DNA of 63,297 bases, filler included, from Nemertoderma westbladi (taxonomy: Eukaryota; Animalia; Xenacoelomorpha): assembly GCA_032718475.1 (NCBI GenBank). It is 4 parts of 4 records of this genome, joined end to end, with 100 filler letters (N's around TTAATTAATTAA, not from the genome) between each part and the next. Parts side by side here need not be neighbours in the genome. Positions count along the whole stretch, not along the records: positions 1 to 29,554 come from JAUCBJ010005484.1; positions 29,655 to 45,638 come from JAUCBJ010006388.1; 2 more parts are not named here. One strand, written 5' to 3'. The position numbers and the translations under genes are program-made. Position 1 is the first letter of the stretch; the number at the start of each line of letters is the position of its first letter. The notes under the pieces are model-generated. The model worked only from the letters and a program-made list of their open reading frames with translations. It was not told the DNA's origin and did not search any database. Positions 25,821 to 38,872 of the stretch are shown here, piece by piece.

Positions 25821-26107
25821 AGGCGTAGCATTCTTAATGCACTCTGCATTGGAACATTCCCATTGTGGATTGCATGGTGGTAGCAAAAATATTATTGTTA
25901 TTTTGTTAATCGCAGCATCTCAATGTGCAGCTTCAATGCAGCAGGCCGATTATAGTAGTATAATATCACGAGGTACCACTGTTAGGATCTCCAGTATACA
26001 GCTAGGCCAAAGTAGCGAGAACTACTACAATGTGGGTACTAAAATATAATCGCACTATTTTAATTAAGAACATTTTAAGTAATGGCTTTCACATATTATA
26101 TATTGTA

Positions 26108-26925
26108 GGGAGGACTTTCGACGCAATAAAAATTCATCCCTCTCCATAGGAAATTCGACGCAAATAACAGCTGTTTACTCCCAAAATAAAACTGTTACCT
26201 GTTCTATTGTGTTTTGTTTACGATTGAGGCGGGATATTAATTCGCCGAGATAGGATTTGCGTCCAGACCCCCCCCCCCCCCCCCCCCCTGTCCTCAGCTT
26301 TACATGTATCAGCTTATCTCTGCTGTTAAAAATTTGTTTTAGCAATAAAAAACCGTATGATATTTATATAATTGTTCCTTGGAGTTTGACTTGTTGCTTG
26401 TAATTTAGTCTACATGTGACACAGTTACCCGGTGAATCACCTGTGAATTCTGTGGGAGGTTGCTTTCTCCACTAGACTTTTTGTCACGGCGAATTGAACA
26501 CCCAATTTGGAAAGCTAAATTCTCAGATCATGTCGCCTAAATTTTTATTCGTGGATTTAAATACTGTCTGGGTCATGTTATTCCTATAAGATAGATAACA
26601 AAATACTATATTTTTTTCTGTAAAGGCTCACTAATCATCTCATTTAACGACTGCGGTAAACTATACCACAGTTGAGACGGGGGGGGGGGGGGGGGGGGGA
26701 GAAACTGTAGGTAAATACAATCTCTGCGAATGAATATCCCGCCTCCATGTTATATCCTCAATTTAGGGAAAAGAGCAGGTTGCAGTGGCACGTTATTCTA
26801 AACAAAACAATAAACTAAAGCCAATAGAACAGGTTACAGTTTTATTTTTGCGAGAAATGAGCTGTTATTTGCGTTGAATTTCCCATGGAAAAGGATTAAT
26901 TTTTATTGCTTCGAAAGTCCTCCCC
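26108..26925. mobile_element. MITE with long TIRs and TA flanks; partial copies at ~8770-8990, 10330-10430, 19860-19950, 21600-21760, 27080-28080
   Basis: GGGAGGACTTTCGACGCAATAAAA ... TTTTATTGCTTCGAAAGTCCTCCCC; inverted arms extend >100 bp and include poly-C/poly-G tracts. Confidence 0.8.
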
Positions 26926-27898
26926 TATCTGCCACAGTTAATAGATTTTTTACTGATCCTCCCTTTTGGAAAATATTTTCACAGGAAGGGGTGATTGGCG
27001 TATATTTATATATGTGATATATAACAGTTTTTTATTAATGTTAGCTTTGTGGATTTTTATTATTATCTATATATCAGAGCCAGATAGGGGGGGGGGGGGG
27101 GGGGCTTTCGACGCAAACAAATTTCATGTTCTATTGACTTTCGTTTATTGTTTTGGTTTTGAATAACGTCCCACTGTAACCTGCTCCTTTCCGAAAATTG
27201 ATAATTTCACATTGAGGCGAGATAATAATTATCCGAGATGGGATTTGCGTGCAGTTCCCCCCCCCGCCCCCCCCCCCCCCCTCCCTGTCTCCAAACAATG
27301 GTGTTTTTTTTCCTGTACTGCTACCATCTACCATTCGAATTAAGTACCGGTATTTACTATTCGTAAGGAACATATTTGTAAGAACCTGAAAAGTTTCCTC
27401 CTTACCTGTTTACGGCACAGACAGGCGCCGTTTTAATTTAATGGGCATGCATTTGCTTGCCTATTCATGGGCTTCTAGAATGTTATTTATACCAATTAAT
27501 AAATATAATCGTATAAATTAATATTCTAGAAGTCCATGGCCTATTCAATTCAATTCATCTGCATTTGTTGCACCAGTACTGTAACATAAAATGGAATTAT
27601 ATTGTGTTTCAGGTTTAGTTTCCTTTCCTTTTTCATTTAAGAACTCTTCTATAGTTGTATAAACTTTTTTCTTTTTTTTTTTTTTCAGATTTCCAGTATT
27701 ACCGTCAAGTAATGCTAACATTGTAGAATAAACTACAGTTTGGAACTACATTTTGAAATAATTTGTGTTTCAAATTTCACAAAACATTAAATATGTGTTG
27801 AGCTTATTTATTATATTGGAATGGCTTAGCGAAAGAATTATTACATAAGTGTAAAGTTTTTTGAGATTAGCTAAGAAATTGGCAAAATAGCAGCCAAA

Positions 27899-28020
27899 CA
27901 AATCGTAGAGTTAGGAGACAGGAGGGGAAACTGGACGCAAATCGTAGAGTTAGGAGACAGGAGGGGAAACTGGACGCAAATCGTAGAGTTAGGAGACAGG
28001 AGGGGAAACTGGACGCAAAT
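27899..28020 (+). repeat. 39-bp tandem repeat x3
   Basis: CAAATCGTAGAGTTAGGAGACAGGAGGGGAAACTGGACG repeated three times inside a MITE fragment. Confidence 0.9.
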
Positions 28021-28135
28021 CCCGCCTTGACGAATTAATATCCCGCCTCAATGTTATATTCTAGCAGGGATAAAGGAGCATGGATTTTAGGAGTAATTTT
28101 TTATTTGTTTAATTTCTTTAAAATATGCCCTTTAT

Positions 28136-28810
28136 TGTTTACACGTGGCAACTTTTAGAGCAACTTTCTCGGCAACTTGTAGAGCAACCCAGGTTGCCGA
28201 TCAAGTTGCTCCGTGTAAACACGTAAAAAAGTTGCTGTAAAAGTTGCTCAACTTTTACAGCAACTTGAAGGAATTTTCGTTGGCGAATTAAAGCGGGATA
28301 ATCAAATTAAATTATCAAAAACTAGCTAGTAGATCAAATGACCCACTATTTAACATTTAAACTAGCCAAGTTGCTCTAAAAGTTGCCGGCCAAGTTGCTG
28401 GTAATGTTGCCACGTGTAAACAGCGATTAAATTAAGTTGCTCAAAAAAAAGTTGTAAAGGCCTGTTTACACGTGGCAACTTTTATAGCAACTTTCTCGGC
28501 AACTAGCAACTTTTTTTGGAGCAACTTAATTTAATCGCTGTTTACACGTGGCAACTTTACCAGCAACTTTACCAGCAACTTGGCCGGCAACTTTTTGAGC
28601 AACTTGGCTAGTTTGACTGTAAAATAGTGGGTGATTTTATCTTATCTACTAGCTAGTTTTTGATAATTTAATTTGATTATCCCGCTTTAATTCGCCAACG
28701 CAAATTCCTTCAAGTTGCCGTAAAAGTTGAGCAACTTTTACAGCAACTTTTGTACGTGTTTACACGGAGCAACTTGATCGGGAACCTGGGTCGCTCTACA
28801 AGTTGCCGAG
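28136..28810. mobile_element. Two adjacent, oppositely oriented copies of a GCAACTT-rich MITE (Harbinger-like)
   Basis: Terminus GGCCTGTTTACACGTGGCAACTT; ~28505..28810 is the reverse complement of ~28168..28455. Confidence 0.7.
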
Positions 28811-28811
28811 G

Positions 28812-28940
28812 TAAGGGTTAAGAGTAGAGTAATCAACCCTTGGAACGGATTACCGGCCAATGTAGTTGAGGCTACATCACTAGGTTCCTTTAAAACTCTA
28901 TTACACGATGTTGATTTGACCTCATACTTGAAAGCATTCC
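28812..28940 (+). mobile_element. CR1-type LINE extreme 3' fragment
   Basis: Encodes RVINPWNGLPANVVEATSLGSFKTLL, the typical CR1 ORF2 C-terminus. Confidence 0.7.
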
Positions 28941-29012
28941 GTAATCTACCATAATAATAGTCCAAAAGAACATAAACTTTTATATTTTTATTTCAATATT
29001 TCATTACTTTAA

Positions 29013-29554
29013 ATACATTATTTCTACATTATTTTAATTCAATAAACCTACATTACATAATATACTTATTTTATTAAACATTGCTTATTTTAAGAATAAA
29101 ACTACTAACTTAAAACATTTTATTTTATTAATTTTTAAGTATTTTAATATTTTAATGTGTTGTTTGTTTCTATTTTAAGATTACTATCGTACAGACTTAT
29201 TTTAATTTATTTTATGTATTTTAAAAATAATTCACTACATACTTATTTTATATTGTATATCGCATACACCAACATACTTATTCCAGTATTTTAAATACAT
29301 TATTTTAATTCAATAAACCTACATTACATAATATCCTTATTTTATTAAACACGGCTTATTTTAAGAATAAAACTACTAACTTTAACTTACAATAATTAAA
29401 TCTTAAATCATTTTATTTTATTAAATTTTAAGTATTTTAATGTGCTGTTTGTTTCTATTTTAAGATCACTATCCTACAGACTTATTTTAATTTATTTTAT
29501 GTATTTTAAAAACAATATCTTACATACTTATTTTATATTGTATATCGCATACAC
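29013..29554. repeat. AT-rich ~280-bp tandem duplication running into the gap
   Basis: TACATTATTTTAATTCAATAAACC...TATATCGCATACAC occurs twice. Confidence 0.8.
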
Positions 29555-29654
29555 NNNNNNNNNNNNNNNNNNNNNNNNNNNNNNNNNNNNNNNNNNNNTT
29601 AATTAATTAANNNNNNNNNNNNNNNNNNNNNNNNNNNNNNNNNNNNNNNNNNNN
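29555..29654. other. Artificial contig linker (N44-TTAATTAATTAA-N44)
   Basis: The 12-mer has stop codons in all six frames; identical linkers at 45639..45738 and 55511..55610. Confidence 0.97.
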
Positions 29655-32600
29655 GAAGTAAAAAAGCGGTTTGGTCAGAAACACACAGGTGATTTAAAGC
29701 GCCGTCGATATGTCATCGACATTCTGGGCATTCTTGAAACGCCGGATTTCTGTGGCCTAGATCCGATGCAAAAATTCGTTGTGGAGGACTTTACCCGACT
29801 CCCTCCAGTGACCACCGCAGGTTCGATTCTAACAACCCTGTCAGCGGATGTAAACTCCCTAAAGGAGCGCCTGGCAGTTCTCGAATCGCGACCGCCTGCT
29901 CCGCCTTCACGTGGGGCTGCTCCTGTTCCAGTCCCTGGTACGAATTACGCCGCCCCGGTATATGTACCGGTAAACAGGCCAAACCCGAGTAACCAGTCGG
30001 TTCCAGTTCAGCTTGTCGACCTCAGTAGGGAGGACGCTGCAAGACAACAAGAAAGCCAGCAGTGTGGCAAATCCACAGCTTGCGCATTCAGCTCAGCCTC
30101 AGACAACGACTCCGTCACTTTGGGCATCAGTTGTGGGTGCGGCTTCGGCGCAACACCAGACGCTGCAAGGTGCCAGCCTCGTCGACGGGATGACAACAAT
30201 TGGGAAGCGAGGCCGTCCAGTAAAGGCTGTCAATAAATTGCCCAATAGTAGCACCGGTAGTACAAGACAACCACGGCGGCCGCAAGTCGTTGGGACTGGC
30301 AACGGATTGGCCCAACGCGATGGAGCGAGTTCGATCTGCAAGTTGTACATATCCCATATCGACATGGAGGAGACAGCGGATAGGCTGGTTGACTATATAA
30401 AGGGGACCTTCAAATACCAGGTCAAGTGTGAAGAAGTTAATAATAAGAATACTATCTACAAATCATTTGTTATCACCTGCAAAGGCGCAGAAGCTGATGC
30501 AATGAAAGCAGAATGCGCAGCCGCCTACTGGCCACCACGTGTTCAAGTTCGTGACTGGTTCGAGCGAAGGGGATACTCGGGTCTGGGCATGGTGACACAG
30601 GCGCCGCTCGGACCTCCGCAGCCACAGGGATCTCTACGAGGATCGATGGAAAGTGAAACACAAAGAAATAATGATGGCGACAACAAAACATCTGAAACTG
30701 TCGTCGTATAATGCGAACTAAATACGAACGGCAAAGAGTCGATACGTGATGAATAAACTGTTTGAAGGTTCGGATATAATCTTTGTCCAGGAGCATCTTC
30801 TTCCCAAACAGGATATCCCCTTCTTAGAGTCTCTTTCTAAGGACTTTGGTGTACGCGGAACCTCGCCGGTGGATCTCTCTAATGGTCCACTCCTTGGTAG
30901 ACCCTATGGAGGACTCGCGGTGTTCTGGAAGAATGAACTGGCGAAATCGATCGAAGTAATCGACTCGTCAGATCCTCGGTACCTCGCCATTAAGATATCT
31001 GATGAATCCGGAGAAGATATAGTGCTAGTTAATGTATACCTCCCTTATGAATGCCAAGGGAACTATGACGAGTACATCGAGTATCTGGGTAAACTCCAAG
31101 CTCTTATCGACACACTTCCTTTTAGTAAAATAGCGTTTATAGGCGACCTTAATGCCGACCCGTCGAGGGCATTTTATACTGAATTAATGGATTGGTGCAT
31201 TGAGAATGGATTTGAGGTTCTGGATGTATCATCATTGCCCTCCAACACATTCACGTACGTAAACCCGCTGTACAAGTGCACTTCCTGGTTGGACCACTGC
31301 ATTGCATCCCCGTCGCTGAAGCCATTAATTGGCAACATAACTGTTAGCTATGACACGTCTTCTTCAGACCATATGCCAATTTCATTGGAACTGGATATTA
31401 AGTGCGACACTTCTACAGGTCCAGAATGTGGGACCCACACAAATCCAACACGTAAACCTATCTGGGAAAAGGCGTCCAGCGCTGACTTGGAGAACTACAA
31501 CCGGGTTGCTGCTGAGAAACTCGCGGGAATTAACTTGGACCGGGACTGTTTAAGTTGTAAAAACGCAACGTGTACGGTTCACCGGGATAACTTAGAACAA
31601 TTGTATTTCGATGTAGTGTCGGCTCTAAGGGAGGCGGCGTCGGAGACGATTCCGTGTACAGGTAATGGTAAACAAACCAGCCCTCCATCGATACCGGGAT
31701 GGAATGATTCCGTCAAGGATCTTTATCGTGAATCGCGAGAAGCCTTTCTACAGTGGAAAGAAGTGAACAGCCCCCACTCAGGCCCGCAGCACGATAACAT
31801 GGTTCGGACTAGGGCGCGTTTCAAGTCTGCGTTTAGGCGCTGCAAACGCGAGGAAGAATCTCTTCGCTCAGACAAACACGCAGAAGCGCTCGCGACTGGC
31901 GATACGTATACTTTTTGGGCGAATATTAAGCGAGAATCTCAGTACCATAACTCACCCCCATCGAAAGTTGGAGGTGCTGTTGGTTCTGCTAATATAGCCA
32001 ACATGTGGGGGGATCACTTTAGTAATATATTTACTTCGGTGCCTAGTAAAATGGGTATATTTGAAACAGATCCATTTATTGGCGACTTTTTTAGAATAAC
32101 GTTTAGAGGGACGTTACACATTAAGCAGGAGTTTGGTCAGCTAAACCACAAATTCAGTAGATTATTTTTTAATAATGAAATGATTTTTAATGTTGATGAA
32201 ATATCAACTGCTATAAGGTTTTTAAAACAGCATAAGTCCACAGGTGATGACGGTATTTTTGCCGAACACATTGTTCATGGTCCTCAGTCTTTAGTTATAT
32301 TTTTATCACTACTTTTCACTTCATTTAACGTGCATGGTTTTTTACCTAAATGGATGATTTCCACAATTGTGGCTCCAATCGTGAAAGATAAGACAGGTGA
32401 CAAATCTGATAATAATAACTACAGGCCTGTATCCTTAGCTAGTATTATCAGTAAATTGTATGAAATCATAATACTATCTAGGATTGAACACTATTTATTT
32501 ACAACTGATTACCAATTTGGTTTTAAGAAAAAACTGGGTACCGAAACGTGTACATACTCCCTTAAGGAGGTTATTAATTACTATTTGCTTAATGGGTCTA

Positions 32601-33720
32601 ATGTTTACGTAGCGTTTTTGGACGCCACTAAGGCATTCGACACCGTTGATTTGACTATTCTTTTTACCCGTCTTTTTGAACGCGGCATTCCGTTATTTAT
32701 ACTTAGAATCCTTTTGTTCTGGTATCAAAATCAGGTGATGTTCGTTAGATGGGATGGTGCACTTTCGAAACAGTTTAATCGAACAAACGGCGTAATGCAA
32801 GGCAGTATTTTGTCACCAAAATTATTTACTGTTTTCATTGATGGGTTGAGTAGAGAGTTAGCTAATTCGGAGTTAGGCTGCCATATTGATATTTGTTTGA
32901 ATCATTTGCTTTATGCTGACGATCTTAGCTTGATGAGTACATCGCCAGTTGCACTTCAGCAGTTATTAGATATTTGTGTAAATTTTGCAAACCGTAATAA
33001 CATTAAGTTCAATCCTAAGAAGTCTAAATGTATAATTATGTATAGTGGTTATAGGAAACATTCTAGAACATGTACGAATTTCACATTAGGCGGTAAAAAA
33101 CTTGAGATAGTGAACAAGTTTAAATATTTGGGGCATTATATCACATCAGATTTTTCTGATGACGTAGATATTAAAGCCCAAACCAGGTCACTGTATTCAC
33201 GTGCTAATATTTTAATTCGTAAATTTAATAAGTGCAGTAAATCGGTTAAACTTAAACTGTTCAATAGCTACTGTTGTAATATTTATTGTAATGCATTATG
33301 GGCCGATGTTTACTACAGTCAACAAATATTTAATAGCCTCAAGGTGGCCTTGACTAAATCTGTTAGGAAACTGTTTGGATATAGCAGCTATTGTAGTGCT
33401 AGTGAAATGCTAGTCACTCTAGGAATACGATCGGTTGTCCATATACACCGTTTTGCTTTACACAGTTTATTCTCACGAGTATCCACATCAACTAACGTCG
33501 TTATTCGTGCTGTCCGAGATAACTGTTTGTCTCAATCTGAGATGTTTAAGTCATATCGCCGTTTACGGGTAGAGCCGAATTAATTTAATTATATTTTTTA
33601 TTAGTTATATATTTTTATCATGCTATAGTAATAAACTCCGACATATTTTCATATTAATATAATTATTTATTGTGCACGTATATTTTAATATGTTCAACTG
33701 TGAATGAAATAAAATTGATA
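29655..33720 (+). mobile_element. Near full-length CR1/L2-group LINE (ORF1 + APE-RT ORF2)
   Basis: Frameshifted ORF1 (EDFTRLPPV, coiled coil, KLYISH...YKSFVI...YWPPRVQVRDW) followed by a 945-aa ORF2 and an AT-rich 3' UTR with AATAAA near 33708. Confidence 0.9.
30674..33583 (+). pseudogene. LINE ORF2: apurinic-like endonuclease + reverse transcriptase, one early in-frame stop
   Basis: MATTKHLKLSSYNAN* (TAA 30719..30721) is in frame with VQEH, NVYLP, GDLNA, WLDH, SDH, NYRPVSL, DATKAFD, QGSILSP, YADD and YLG. Confidence 0.9.
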
Positions 33721-33830
33721 TTATTATATTATCAGATATAGAGTCATATATAACACTGCTCTTATGTTGAGCTCTGCAATATTGAGCTGGCAATATTTGA
33801 GTATACCAGGTTATTATGATGCATATTATA

Positions 33831-36091
33831 AGTTCGTATGATTGAGCCATGTGACCATTTGCTCATTTGTTGCTACCCGCCTCAGTTAGTATGATTGAGC
33901 CATGTGACCATTTGCTCATTTGTTGCTACCCGCATCAGTTAGTATGATTGAGCCATGTGACCATTTGCTTGTTTGTTGCTACCCGCCTCAGTTCGTATGA
34001 TTGAGCCATGTGACCATTTGCTCGTTTGTTGCTATCCCCCTCATATTAAAATTTGGATCAAGGTCGATTTTTCGCTGGTGCATTTAGCGAGAGGAAATCT
34101 GTGAACATAATACCAGTGAGGAGCCATTGGCAGAGTATGTAGTATTGGTGGAGCACGATCGAGGAGCATCTGAACTCCAGAATCCATATCTGAAGCATCA
34201 CCGACACCTTTCTTGATTGTGATCTCTTATGCCACATTAGATTGCCATTCAGCGCAAATTCGTTCCCGCACGTGTTTGTTGCTACCCGCCTCAGTTCGTA
34301 TGATTGAGCCATGTGACCATTTGCTCGTTTGTTGCTACCCGCCTCAGTTCATATGATTGAGCCATGTGACCATTTGCTCGTTTGTTGCTACCCGCCTCAG
34401 TTCGTATGATTGAGCAATGTGACCATTTGCTCGTTTGTTGCTACCCGCCTCAGTTAGTATGATTGAGCAATGTGACCATTTGCTCGTTTGTTGCTACCCG
34501 CCTCAGTTAGTATGATTGAGCCATGTGACCATTTGCTCGTTTGTTGCTATCCACCTCAGTTCGTATGATTGAGCCATGTGACCATTTGCTCGTTTGTTGC
34601 TACCCGCCTCAGTTAGTATGATTGAGCCATGTGACCATTTGCTCGTTTGTTGCTACCCGCCTCAGTTCGTATGATTGAGCAATGTGACCATTTGCTCGTT
34701 TGTTGCTACCCGCCTCAGTTAGTATGATTGAGCAATGTGACCATTTGCTCGTTTGTTGCTACCCGCCTCAGTTAGTATGATTGAGCCATGTGACCATTTG
34801 CTCGTTTGTTGCTATCCACCTCAGTTCGTATGATTGAGCCATGTGACCATTTGCTCGTTTGCTGCTACCCGCCCCAGTTCGTATGATTGAGCCATGTGAC
34901 CATTTGCTCGTTTGTTGCTACCCGCCTCAGTTAGTATGATTGAGCCATGTGACCATTTGCTCGTATGTTGCTATCCACCTCAGTTCGTATGATTGAGCCA
35001 TGTGACCATTTGCTCGTTTTTTGCTACCCGCCTCAGTTCGTATGATTGAGCAATGTGACCATTTGCTCGTTTGTTGCTACCCGCCTCAGTTAGTATGATT
35101 GAGCAATGTGACCATTTGCTCGTTTGTTGCTACCCGCCTCAGTTAGTATGATTGAGCCATGTGACCATTTGCTCGTTTGTTGCTATCCACCTCAGTTCGT
35201 ATGATTGAGCCATGTGACCATTTGCTCGTTTTTTGCTACCCGCCTCAGTTCGTATGATTGAGCCATGTGACCATTTGCTCGTTTTTTGCTACCCGCCTCA
35301 GTTCGTATGATTGAGCAATGTGACCATTTGCTCTTTTGTTGCTATCCACCTCAGTTCGTATGATTGAGCCATGTGACCATTTGCTCGTTTTTTGCTACCC
35401 GCCTCAGTTCGTATGATTGAGCAATGTGACCATTTGCTCGTTTGTTGCTACCCGCCTCAGTTAGTTAGTATGATTGAGCCATGTGACCATTTGATCGTTT
35501 GTTGCTACCCGCCTCAGTTCGTATGATTGAGCCATGTGACCATTTGCTCGTTTGCTGCTACCCGCCCCAGTTCGTATGATTGAGCCATGTGACGATTTGC
35601 TCGTTTGCTGCTACCCGCCCCAGTTCGTATGATTGAGCCATGTGACCATTTGCTCGTTTGTTGCTACCCGCCTCAGTTAGTATGATTGAGCCATGTGACC
35701 ATTTTCTCGTTTGTTGCTACCCGCCTCAGTTCGTATGATTGAGCAATGTGACCATTTGCTCGTTTGTTGCTACCCGCCTCAGTTAGTTAGTATGATTGAG
35801 CCATGTGACCATTTGCTCGTTTGTTGCTACCCGCCTCAGTTCGTATGATTGAGCCATGTGACCATTTGCTCGTTTGTTGCTACCCGCCTCAGTTCGTATG
35901 ATTGAGCCATGTGACCATTTGCTCGTTTGTTGCTACCCGCCTCAGTTAGTATGATTGAGCCATGTGACCATTTGCTCGTTTGTTGCTATCCCCCTCATAT
36001 TAAAATTTAGATCAAGGTCGATTTTTCGCTGGTGCATTTCGCGAGAGGAAATCTGTGAACATAATACCAGTGAGGAGCCATTGGCAGAGTA
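33831..36091 (+). repeat. 53-bp minisatellite in two blocks (~4 and ~32 copies), each followed by the same unique tail
   Basis: Unit AGTTCGTATGATTGAGCCATGTGACCATTTGCTCGTTTGTTGCTACCCGCCTC; tail CTCATATTAAAATTT...GGCAGAGTAT at ~34040..34138 and ~35993..36091. Confidence 0.95.
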
Positions 36092-37244
36092 TTAATAAAG
36101 AATGATTTAATTTATAAATATTAATCTAATTCTATGCATATATTATCATCATATATCACTATCATGTTAATCATGCCTGCCCCCCCCTCCCCCCCCCCCC
36201 CCCCCTCTTAACTTGTAAAGCGATCGATTGCACCCAGTAGTAATTACATCTGAACATTCAGACATAGCGTCACCTCTCAGTTCAGTTGCGTCTTGCAGAG
36301 CTGATTTCTTCCCCTTACGGGACGACGTTCCCCGTGGAAATAAAATTAAATAATTAATTATACCAGTAAGAGTATATCATATAATATTATCAACTAAATG
36401 CAGCTCAACAGTTAATATGATATGATATGATATATATAATATAATATAATGCAGCTCAACTACTGTAGGTAAATATATTAATAAAAATAATATCATAAAT
36501 ACAGAATAAACACCGTGGTTCACGTGGGTCAAGAAAATAGCTCAATAAAATAGCGATAATCAATATTATATAAAGAAATATATTATTATAGTGTGGAATT
36601 CTTGTAAAAATATAATTTGCCGTCGCAGTGCATATATAGATAGGGTAAGATTGTAGCTAACAACGGAGTAATTTAACAAATTATTCTTAACAAATTACAT
36701 AAAAAATATTAAGATTACAAATTATATAGATACACTTATAATCTGAGGTTTGGAAGCTAGGCGGCCGGACACAGTATAAGCTCTACGTGGGAGGTCAGAT
36801 TCAATAACGATAGTAAAGATCTCCGGAGCAACTGATATAGAAACTTCCTCAGTATAGTTAATAGCTTCCTGCAGAACCGAAACAATTAATTAAAATATTA
36901 AGTTTGAGATAGGAAATATTTGCACTGTTGGAATGTTAATTACCGGTACCCAATAATTTGGAATTAATATTATATTAATATCCAAATATTTCCATTAATA
37001 TATACACAACAATAAAACCAATTATAATCAACCAATTAATGAAATAATAAATGAATATTCAAACACTCCACCGGACACTCTAAGATGGTGTTTACACATT
37101 GTACAAACTGCGAGTCTATATCATATCAAGTACTAATACCGAACACCGTTTCAAGCTCGCATATTTATACATAATATATAACTTATATAAATATATAAGT
37201 ATAATATGATATATATAATAATATATAATATATAATTCTGGATT

Positions 37245-38753
37245 CTGGCAACCGAGGAAACAAATTAAACCGACAGTTTGAACATTATTGGATTTGTTTT
37301 ACTAAACTACTGCATTATCCATACTTACTCATCACCACAGGGTTGCAGCGTTATTGATCTTATATATATTCGATTCCCAGCGTTTAATGAACTGCACAAT
37401 CCAACCAGTAAAAGTCGTACCGACTCCGCTGAGGAAACACCTTCGAGTTTCTACAACGGTTGATTTCACCGGCCCCAAATTCCAGAACGCTGTGATTGAG
37501 AGAAAGTTGCCCTCACTTAGCAGGAAAATAAATGTGAACCTTTTTGGAAATATTATTGATGCATCCGACATAGGGTTAGACCTCTTGGAGGGTGATATAG
37601 ACTCTGCAAACGACATCCTAACAACTAGCATAGAGGCAGCGGCTGAGGCAAAACCAGAAAATAAAAATTATAAAAAGCCATGGTTCGATATTGATTGCCA
37701 GGAAGCGAAGAAAACCGTAATCCAACTCAGCCTACGATGGGATAACTGCGCGACGGACAGGGAAGCCTACTGGATTGCTCGGCGGAACTACAAGAAGATA
37801 ATTCGTAAAAAGAAATCTGATTACGATGAAACAAAACTCATTTTGAAAAGTTGAAACAAACCGAGATAACGCCTTGGACGATATTTGAGGGGCCAAAGCC
37901 TCCCAGCATAGCACCCATCGCTTCAGATAGATTAGAGGAGCATTTCACAAACCTACTCGGACACGAAAGCGACCCCAATGAAGTAGACTCAATACCAGAA
38001 ACTACATCGGATGAAAGGGAAGAATCAGCATGGTATAACGAGCCAATAACTCAAGAAGAAATAAAAGAGGCGATACACTCAACTGCAAACAAGAAAGTTT
38101 GTGGTCCAGACCGCATATATAATGAACATTTGAAACAATCTCTCTCAGTGTTATTGCCGATTCTGCTTATTCTTTTCAATGTTTATCTCACTATTGGACG
38201 CATTCCGTCCACCTGGGCCATTAGTATCATAAAAGTACTGCATAAGGGCAAAGGCTGCAAGTCGGATCCGGACAATTATAGGGGAATTGCCTTGATTAGT
38301 GTTCTACTAAAAACTCTAACAAGGATCATAAATAAACGAGTAAGAAAGTATATTAGAAACAAACTACCGCCAGAACAGTTCGGGTTTTCTGAAGGTAAAT
38401 CGACACGACAGGCTCTAAAACAGTTACTAACCGATATAGCGGACAAATTGCAGTCACCGAGGTCACACGGAAATTCTAGAATAGCGTATGTGGCCTTCGT
38501 GGACTTTCGAAAGGCCTTCTTCGACCTTGTAGACAGAGCAATACTATTGGGGAAAATTTATAACTCTTTTGGTATCAAAGGAAAATTATTCGATTTGATA
38601 AAAAACATTCTACAAAACTCAGTTAAAATATTTGACGGTATCAAGTTTTCAAATGTAATTACGCAACTGAGAGGTGTTCTACAAGGCGATTGTTTCTCAC
38701 CGAGCTGTTTCTTAATGTTTATAGCGGACCTAGCTCTTATCCTCCGTGCAATT
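37245..38753 (+). mobile_element. LINE A, 5' portion (endonuclease C-terminus to RT), degenerate
   Basis: TYSSPQGCSVIDL, KKPWFD, GPDRI, NYRGIAL, QFGF, VDFRKAF, GVLQGDCFSP; interrupted after LALILRAI. Confidence 0.85.
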
Positions 38754-38872
38754 ACGAATTACTTCCGTGCAAACGAGATTAGAGAGTGCCGACTTACCTT
38801 ATGCCATGAAACATCCAATATTGTTCCTGAGAGCAAAAGATTCTTATTGATGTTAATGTTGGACTTAATGGA

